DNA of 22,166 nucleotides from a virus. The stretch is taken from IMG/VR virus record IMGVR_UViG_3300044971_003869; one strand, 5' to 3'. A model generated the notes under the pieces. It worked only from the letters and a program-made list of their open reading frames with translations. It was not told the origin of the DNA and ran no database searches. The position numbers and the translations under genes are program-made. Positions 16,443 to 22,166 of the stretch are shown in pieces; positions within the stretch are counted from its first letter, which is position 1; each line of letters starts with the position of its first letter.

Positions 16443-17114
16443 TCAAAAAGATGTAGTGAACATCTCCACTGCTTCTGGCTGCTCTTCTGCTACCTTTGGG
16501 TGAATCGTTTCTATTAAAACTAGTGGCTCTCTAGTGAATCTATCAGCCGCAAACCAACCATTGTTTACAGCATCATTTACCAGAATTTCGGCAGCGTGGG
16601 GCTTGATGGCGTATGCGTACGCGCAGTTCATGGATACTATACCTCTAGCCTCGCCTGGGCTAAAACCCATTCTAAAGACAGAATCTTGTATACCATCAGC
16701 ATACTCATCAAAAGTGCCTCTCATGTGCCTTCTTCTGATTGAACCTTCCCAGTCTAAGTGTAGTACATCTTTCCAGATAAAATCATTCCAAGGTCTTAAA
16801 ATTTTTGCGTCGTGCTCCATTATTATAATAGGCTCATTTAAAGATATTGATTTTAACCAAAGATCAAAATGCGATGCGAAGCATCCTATTGTTCCGACTA
16901 CTGTCGTCCATCTATTATATAAATCAAAGTATGGAACTGTAGTATCAGATATGGGCCTAACGTTATGAGACAAAAGGAAATCAGATGACTCTTCGCCACA
17001 GTGCGCATCAAAAACATGTGCTTCGTAGCCGTGAACATTTAAAGACTCAATACAATTATTTGACAATCTAACTGAAGACTCATTGTCTTTTAATGTTATA
17101 ACAAAAGCTTTCAT
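16443..17114 (-). CDS. glycosyltransferase, GT25-like (LPS biosynthesis type)
   Basis: MKAFVITLKDNESSVRLSNNCIESL..., GCFASHFDLW, EHDAKI; start placed at 17114 because it forms TAATG with the upstream gene's stop. Confidence 0.65.
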   Translation of the reverse strand: MKAFVITLKDNESSVRLSNNCIESLNVHGYEAHVFDAHCGEESSDFLLSHNVRPISDTTVPYFDLYNRWTTVVGTIGCFASHFDLWLKSISLNEPIIIMEHDAKILRPWNDFIWKDVLHLDWEGSIRRRHMRGTFDEYADGIQDSVFRMGFSPGEARGIVSMNCAYAYAIKPHAAEILVNDAVNNGWFAADRFTREPLVLIETIHPKVAEEQPEAVEMFTTSF

Positions 17115-17884
17115 TATAAGACTTTCCAATCTTCTGGAATTAAATCTTTTATATCATGATTTAATTTTGGCCCAAACCAAACTTCTGGAACTGTTATTTC
17201 CTTATTTGGATCCTCGTTTAACCATGCGCCCCACCAACTAAATGAACTATTAGCTAAAATGTGTCCATCACATTGAGACATCAGGTACATATCTTCATAG
17301 TTGCTATTCTGTGAAAAAATGAACTTACCCGTATTGAGTAAGTCTAAATTCATACACCATTCAATGTCATCAGAAAAAACAAAACCCAAATCATAGGAAT
17401 CAAATTTTTTAATAGACTGAGCATAATATTCATATGGTGGGATAGGATGGGAATCTGAGTATTGAAGATAATCAGTTCTTCTAAAGTGAATAGAAAAAAT
17501 CTTCATTCCAGTTAATGACTGCATTATTGGAGATACGTGATCTATTATTTCATCTTTAAATATAAAATCTTTTCTTATATCTTCTTCAATGTGTTTAAAG
17601 TATTTTTCAGTTTGAAAATAACCCATTAAGTCTCTATCGTCTATTTTTTCATTAAAAAAATCTTCATCAAAATGATAAAATCTTTCGTTGAATGTTTGTA
17701 GACCCTGTATTGGGTTAATGTGATTTTCTATACTCGGCAGTTTAAATGCTTCGAATAAGCTATGCCCACTTGATGGTATTTGATAATCATTTCCACCATT
17801 TACAGCAATTCCTTTTGTTGCTGCGTATTGAAACATTTGATTTCCAAGACGACCATTTCTACCTAAAGTATTATGAGTCAGCAT
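17114..17884 (-). CDS. alpha-1,2-fucosyltransferase family (GT11)
   Basis: GRLGNQMFQYA, FSIHFRRTDYL, SNSSFSWWGAWLN signature motifs. Confidence 0.92.
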   Translation of the reverse strand: MLTHNTLGRNGRLGNQMFQYAATKGIAVNGGNDYQIPSSGHSLFEAFKLPSIENHINPIQGLQTFNERFYHFDEDFFNEKIDDRDLMGYFQTEKYFKHIEEDIRKDFIFKDEIIDHVSPIMQSLTGMKIFSIHFRRTDYLQYSDSHPIPPYEYYAQSIKKFDSYDLGFVFSDDIEWCMNLDLLNTGKFIFSQNSNYEDMYLMSQCDGHILANSSFSWWGAWLNEDPNKEITVPEVWFGPKLNHDIKDLIPEDWKVL

Positions 17885-18476
17885 TTCTCTTCCAGTTTTC
17901 CCAAACGTAAGGATACTTCCAGGTTATAGAGTGCGTTTTAGATAATCCTTCTAATATATATGCGTATTCTTCTTCGTAGTTATCTATCATATGAAACTGT
18001 ATCTGAAGATTATCAAAAATACTAATAGTTCCATTGTCTATTAAATCCCTAAGAAGTGGATACTCCGCACCCTCAATGTTTATCTTGACTAGATCTATAT
18101 TATTGATATTTAAATCTTTTATAAAAGACTTCAAATCGATACAGTCTATTTCCATCAAATTATCTTCGTGATAGATGCTAGCTTCGTTATCATCAACACC
18201 AAGGGTTAATTTTCCATCAAACGTCCACGCAGCAACGTTGTGCATATGGACTTTTTCTTGGTCCCACAATCTAGCTTTGCATGAATTAAATAAAGGTGTT
18301 GGTTCAAATACGTGCATAGTGCATTTATACCTATTATAGATAGGGCTACACCAATCTCCAACGCTACCTCCAATATCAAAAACAATAGATTCTTCATTAA
18401 GATCGTAATCTAAACGAAGGGTTGCATCTCCACTGTCTGCGTACCATTGCGTTGAATCTGCTGGTCTAATTTTCAT
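17871..18476 (-). CDS. FkbM-family SAM-dependent methyltransferase
   Basis: VFDIGGSVGDW, VFEPTP, LVKINIEGAEYPLL motifs. Confidence 0.88.
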   Translation of the reverse strand: MKIRPADSTQWYADSGDATLRLDYDLNEESIVFDIGGSVGDWCSPIYNRYKCTMHVFEPTPLFNSCKARLWDQEKVHMHNVAAWTFDGKLTLGVDDNEASIYHEDNLMEIDCIDLKSFIKDLNINNIDLVKINIEGAEYPLLRDLIDNGTISIFDNLQIQFHMIDNYEEEYAYILEGLSKTHSITWKYPYVWENWKRNADS

Positions 18477-19447
18477 TTAGCGTTAGCTTTCATCTTGTCA
18501 TAGATCCAAGAATAAGTGCTCTCCATGCCACTACGAAGAGATATGCTAGGCTCCCAATCGAACACTGATTTAAATAAAGTATTGTCACTATTTCTTCCTC
18601 TGACTCCTTGTGGAGCAGAGCTATCATAGATTCTCTTCACTTTGATGCCGGCGATATCTTCAGCTATATCCACTAATTGATTAATGGTAACTAGCTCAGC
18701 ACTACCAATATTTACAGGATCGTGCATGCTGGAGTTCATAAGGCCTATAGTTCCCTTTACACAGTCATCAACATACATAAATGATCTTGTCTGCTCACCG
18801 TCACCCCAAATAACGATCTCATTTTTTCCTGATATTTTAGCTTCTGCTATTTTTCTGGCAATTGCGGCTGGGGCTTTTTCTCTACCGCCAAAGTATGTGC
18901 CATGAGGTCCGTAAACATTATGATATCTAGCTACATGTGTAGCTATTTTATAATCTTCCATAAAGTGTCTGCACATTCTTTCGGAGAAAAGTTTTTCCCA
19001 ACCATATCCATCTTCTGCATCTGCTGGATAGGCGTCTGATTCTTTTAACGCAGTAACATCTGCAGAGTCTTGCTTAGATCCATTATAGACACAAGCTGAA
19101 GAAGTGAATAAGAAGTTCTTAACTCCGTTTTCTTTAGCTGCCATAAGCAGATGCGTATTAATTAGCACGCTTAGCATACACTCTGCTTTATTATTCTCAA
19201 TGAAACCAATTCCACCCATGTCTGCTGATAGGTTGTAAATTTGATCTACACCCTTAGATATATTTAAGCAGTTAAATTCCTTAGACATGTCAGACACTGC
19301 GCTATGAACATTGACACTAGTGTGAATTTGATGCCAATCCGACATAGACTTTTTATCAACTGCGATGATTTGATGTCCTTGCTTAGCGAGTGTGCCAACT
19401 AAGTGTCCACCAATAAATCCGCCTGCTCCAGTTACTAAAATTTTCAT
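18473..19447 (-). CDS. GDP-mannose 3,5-epimerase-like NAD-dependent epimerase
   Basis: Reads like GME: TGAGGFIGGHL, NLSADMGGIGFI, SSACVY, YGWEKLFSERMCRHF, HNVYGPHGT, GGREKAPAA, WGDGEQTRSF, PVNIGS, GVRGRNSDN. Confidence 0.85.
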   Translation of the reverse strand: MKILVTGAGGFIGGHLVGTLAKQGHQIIAVDKKSMSDWHQIHTSVNVHSAVSDMSKEFNCLNISKGVDQIYNLSADMGGIGFIENNKAECMLSVLINTHLLMAAKENGVKNFLFTSSACVYNGSKQDSADVTALKESDAYPADAEDGYGWEKLFSERMCRHFMEDYKIATHVARYHNVYGPHGTYFGGREKAPAAIARKIAEAKISGKNEIVIWGDGEQTRSFMYVDDCVKGTIGLMNSSMHDPVNIGSAELVTINQLVDIAEDIAGIKVKRIYDSSAPQGVRGRNSDNTLFKSVFDWEPSISLRSGMESTYSWIYDKMKANAK

Positions 19448-20244
19448 GATGTTAAATTCCTATTCTCGTTATGGTTTTCTCTTAGTATAAGATCGAAGTG
19501 TCTATTATACAATATTCTCATGTTCTTATGGTTGGCTTTATACAGCCAATTTGCTACGCCACCAGTAGCTCTTGTGCCACCCCAGGAATAATCTGATTGA
19601 TAATCAATCCAGTAGCATCCTGAAACTTTTCCGTAATCTTTAAATGCCCTATAGGCCAAGTCATGATCATCCATTTCTTGCGGGGAGTATATCTCATCAA
19701 GATAATTTAACTTAACAAGGATTTCGTGATCTATCATTAGGGGGCCACGATTTACTGTACTTCTTACTGCAAAAGTATCTCTATCTATAGAAGATCTATC
19801 TGCGTGGTTTGTGTGATTTAAGATATCACACCAGCAGTCATCTAACTCTTCTTCTAATTCAAGGTGTAAAGATCTTGGATTTATTCTCCAATCATGTGCA
19901 GTTCTTGCGGTGACGGCAAATACATCTTTAAAGGAGAATGGTTTTTCCATTCTTAAATTCCATCCCTTTTCTTTAATTACCATATCATCTTGGATGATAA
20001 TTACTTTGTTACCCTCGGCTGCTTTTAGGCCAATATTATTTGCCTTTGTTTCAAAAACGTCGTCTGCATACTTTATCGTTGTATTACCTTTAGCCAATGA
20101 CTTAACAACCTTTTCGGAGTTATCAGTACAACCGTCCAATACCACTATTACTTCATACAGACCTTCTGTATTGTCGTATATGGAGGTCAGTACTTTATCT
20201 ACAAGCCAATCTTTATTGTGTACTGTTAATACTATGCTATGCAT
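19444..20244 (-). CDS. GT2-family glycosyltransferase
   Basis: MHSIVLTVHNKDWLVDKVLTSIYDNT...VIVVLDGCTDNS and downstream IIQDD motif; 4-nt ATGA overlap with next gene. Confidence 0.85.
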   Translation of the reverse strand: MHSIVLTVHNKDWLVDKVLTSIYDNTEGLYEVIVVLDGCTDNSEKVVKSLAKGNTTIKYADDVFETKANNIGLKAAEGNKVIIIQDDMVIKEKGWNLRMEKPFSFKDVFAVTARTAHDWRINPRSLHLELEEELDDCWCDILNHTNHADRSSIDRDTFAVRSTVNRGPLMIDHEILVKLNYLDEIYSPQEMDDHDLAYRAFKDYGKVSGCYWIDYQSDYSWGGTRATGGVANWLYKANHKNMRILYNRHFDLILRENHNENRNLTS

Positions 20245-20917
20245 TGGGGAACGTAAACTTTCTATACATCCCTATATCATCATAGGGAAGTCTTCTTCTT
20301 GTAACTATATTGGTCAAAATGCTCTGATCATGCCTATGGTCTTTAAATAAATCATGATTTTGTAAGCCAGAAACATTTTCTGCGTCAGTCAATATTCTAG
20401 CATCCTTGCAGTATTCTAGCCACTCTTGAAGTATCTCTTTAGATTTAATATTAACTGTCCAGTAAGAAACTCCAGCTTCTAACTGTGGAGCGTTCCAGTA
20501 CATCTCACTATCACAATCCATGTATACGAAGCAGTCTTTTTTTGTCCATGTTGCGTTGTGATTCCCATAAGAAATAAATAAGCAGCTTGAATATGTTAAA
20601 TGTGATTCTATCGCTTCAGTTATTGACTGACCATCAACCTCTGAAAAAAATAAGTCTCCACTATCAATATAGAATACTACATCTCCATCTTTGGCTTTAT
20701 TCATTGCGTCAAGAATAATGTAAGGCTTCCATAGCCAGTATCCTAATCCTCTTGGCTGATCCAGTATGGATTTATTTTGTTCATAAAATTCTGTTTTTTT
20801 TAACCAATCATGAGTATAAGAATGGCAGACAAACCCAATACTCTTACCTTGTTCGGAAAGCGCATCTTGTTTTTGTTTGAATTTTTCATCCGCAAATGTA
20901 ACTAAGTGCCAAGTCAT
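20237..20917 (-). CDS. glycosyltransferase-like protein (GT-A-like DxD), 226 aa
   Basis: GLGYWLWKPYIILDAM, VVFYIDSGD (DxD-like), HRHDQSILTNI; within the GT operon. Confidence 0.55.
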   Translation of the reverse strand: MTWHLVTFADEKFKQKQDALSEQGKSIGFVCHSYTHDWLKKTEFYEQNKSILDQPRGLGYWLWKPYIILDAMNKAKDGDVVFYIDSGDLFFSEVDGQSITEAIESHLTYSSCLFISYGNHNATWTKKDCFVYMDCDSEMYWNAPQLEAGVSYWTVNIKSKEILQEWLEYCKDARILTDAENVSGLQNHDLFKDHRHDQSILTNIVTRRRLPYDDIGMYRKFTFPNA

Positions 20918-20920
20918 TAT

Positions 20921-21508
20921 CTACTCATTATTCGCTATAAAATAACAACAGTCTGCTAAGTGAAAGATCGTAATTGTTCCACCTACATACAATTTTATGT
21001 CAGTATTTGGAAAATGTTTTTTAAATAGATCTAAAGTTAATGAATGTGGATGGCACTCGTTGATATCAGTATTGATTGGCTCAAATACTCTTACTTTTTT
21101 TGCTACTTTCTTAGACTTCTCTAAGCAAAGTTCTGGATCTATGGTGTGCTGTAAGAAGTTAATGAACCATACTTCATCAAAAACTTCATCAGAATCCCAT
21201 TCTTCAAATGGCTTAGTAAACGGGACTATGTTATATTGATTCCAGTGATTCTTTATTTCATCAGTGAAGTTGTCATATAAAGGTTCTACTCCAACTGTTG
21301 TGCCAGCTCCAGCAATAGCAGCCAGTGGGTAAGGACCACATCCAACTTCCAATATCTTTTTTCCAGATATATCTAAAATACTATCTTCAAAAAAATCAAA
21401 ATAAAAGTTTAAAAACCTATTTGCTTCTTCTATATTTGTCGACAATGCGTGAACATCTAACTCTGCTTTTTGAGCTTGGTTCCATCTATCTTGTGTTATC
21501 TTTTCCAT
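20921..21508 (-). CDS. class I SAM-dependent methyltransferase
   Basis: KKILEVGCGPYPLAAIAGAGTTVGVEP motif I and following acidic residue. Confidence 0.8.
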   Translation of the reverse strand: MEKITQDRWNQAQKAELDVHALSTNIEEANRFLNFYFDFFEDSILDISGKKILEVGCGPYPLAAIAGAGTTVGVEPLYDNFTDEIKNHWNQYNIVPFTKPFEEWDSDEVFDEVWFINFLQHTIDPELCLEKSKKVAKKVRVFEPINTDINECHPHSLTLDLFKKHFPNTDIKLYVGGTITIFHLADCCYFIANNE

Positions 21509-22166
21509 TAAAACAAACTTTCTATTTTATTAAGGAATTCTTGAGCTACATGATAGTAGGTTCCTTTTTCCTTTGCGTACTTTATTCCAAGAACTTGCTT
21601 TGCTAGTCTTTCTTTTTCATTTTTTGAATAAAGTTCTACTGCAGATTCTAAATGATCATAATTCTCCACGTATACCACAACCCCATCAGTAGCTTCTTCC
21701 GCCACTTTACAGTCCGATACTACAACACATCCGTATGCTAGCCCTTCAAATATTCTTTCAGTAGGAAGACCTAGCTTAGCATTTGAATCTGAGTTAAAAC
21801 CAAGTGATATCTTAGAAGATAAAAATCCGTTGTTAATTCTAGATTCTTCATCTAGTGTTGGCCAATAATAATGTACAAAGCAGTTGTATTTTTGAGAGAG
21901 TTGGTTAGTCCATTCCTCTTTATATCTAGCACCTACATAACCACAATCATATATATTGTTTCTTTTTTCCATTAAAGAATCTATTTCAAATGGATTAATA
22001 TCTGCAGAAAATGGTAACTTTACATAATTCTCTAAACCGGTGTACCAATCAATTAGGCCACCCCAATGGTTTCTTAAATCATCAGTAATATTTCTGTAAT
22101 GTTCACCAGTAAAGATATATTTTTTAAATGGAAAATCTATAGATTTGTCTAAATAATTTAACTTAT
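21508..22166 (-). CDS. glycosyltransferase (CgeB/GT4-like C-terminal half), 5'-truncated by the window edge
   Basis: GLPTERIFEGLAYGCVVVSD motif. The frame remains open upstream of the tracked ATG at 21972 to 22166 (...FTGEHYRNITDDLRNHWGGLIDWYTGLENYVKLPFSADINPFEIDSL-MEKRNN...). Confidence 0.75.
   Translation of the reverse strand, partial: KLNYLDKSIDFPFKKYIFTGEHYRNITDDLRNHWGGLIDWYTGLENYVKLPFSADINPFEIDSLMEKRNNIYDCGYVGARYKEEWTNQLSQKYNCFVHYYWPTLDEESRINNGFLSSKISLGFNSDSNAKLGLPTERIFEGLAYGCVVVSDCKVAEEATDGVVVYVENYDHLESAVELYSKNEKERLAKQVLGIKYAKEKGTYYHVAQEFLNKIESLF

Noticed and set aside
16534-16968. 144-aa plus-strand ORF and similar ORFs at 19910..20350, 21325..21606, 20997..21239, 18684..18905
   Set aside because: Antisense to confidently assigned glycosyltransferase/methyltransferase/epimerase genes.

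Overview
AT-rich 22.2 kb window that reads as part of an uncultured tailed-phage (or prophage) genome, plausibly with an actinobacterial host. No capsid, portal or terminase gene is visible. Left part: small Zn-ribbon and Cys-rich genes, a lone tRNA-Gly(UCC), an RmlB-like NAD-dependent dehydratase, a HELTH zincin-like metallopeptidase, and a 2OG-Fe(II) oxygenase. Middle part (minus strand): tail fibre/adhesin genes sharing a C-terminal module, including one split by a clear single-base frameshift, then a holin-like gene, an 807-aa secreted modular surface protein, small membrane proteins and an M15-type peptidase (endolysin candidate). Right part (minus strand): a translationally coupled eight-gene glycan cassette (GT25-like, GT11 fucosyltransferase family, FkbM methyltransferase, GDP-mannose 3,5-epimerase-like enzyme, GT2, a DxD GT-like protein, SAM methyltransferase, and a CgeB/GT4-like gene running off the window end). 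Best leads: (1) the GDP-mannose 3,5-epimerase + GT11 + methyltransferase cassette, a possible phage L-galactose or decorated-glycan system; (2) a recurring TTACTAT(A) element oriented toward many gene starts (candidate promoter class), plus two leaderless-type starts with identical spacing; (3) an internal SD/ATG in the large surface protein predicted to yield a separate 65-aa membrane protein; (4) tandem HiPIP-like Cys-motif proteins; (5) the frameshifted Fn3/polyglycine adhesin. All family calls are from motif reading by eye; no database search was run.
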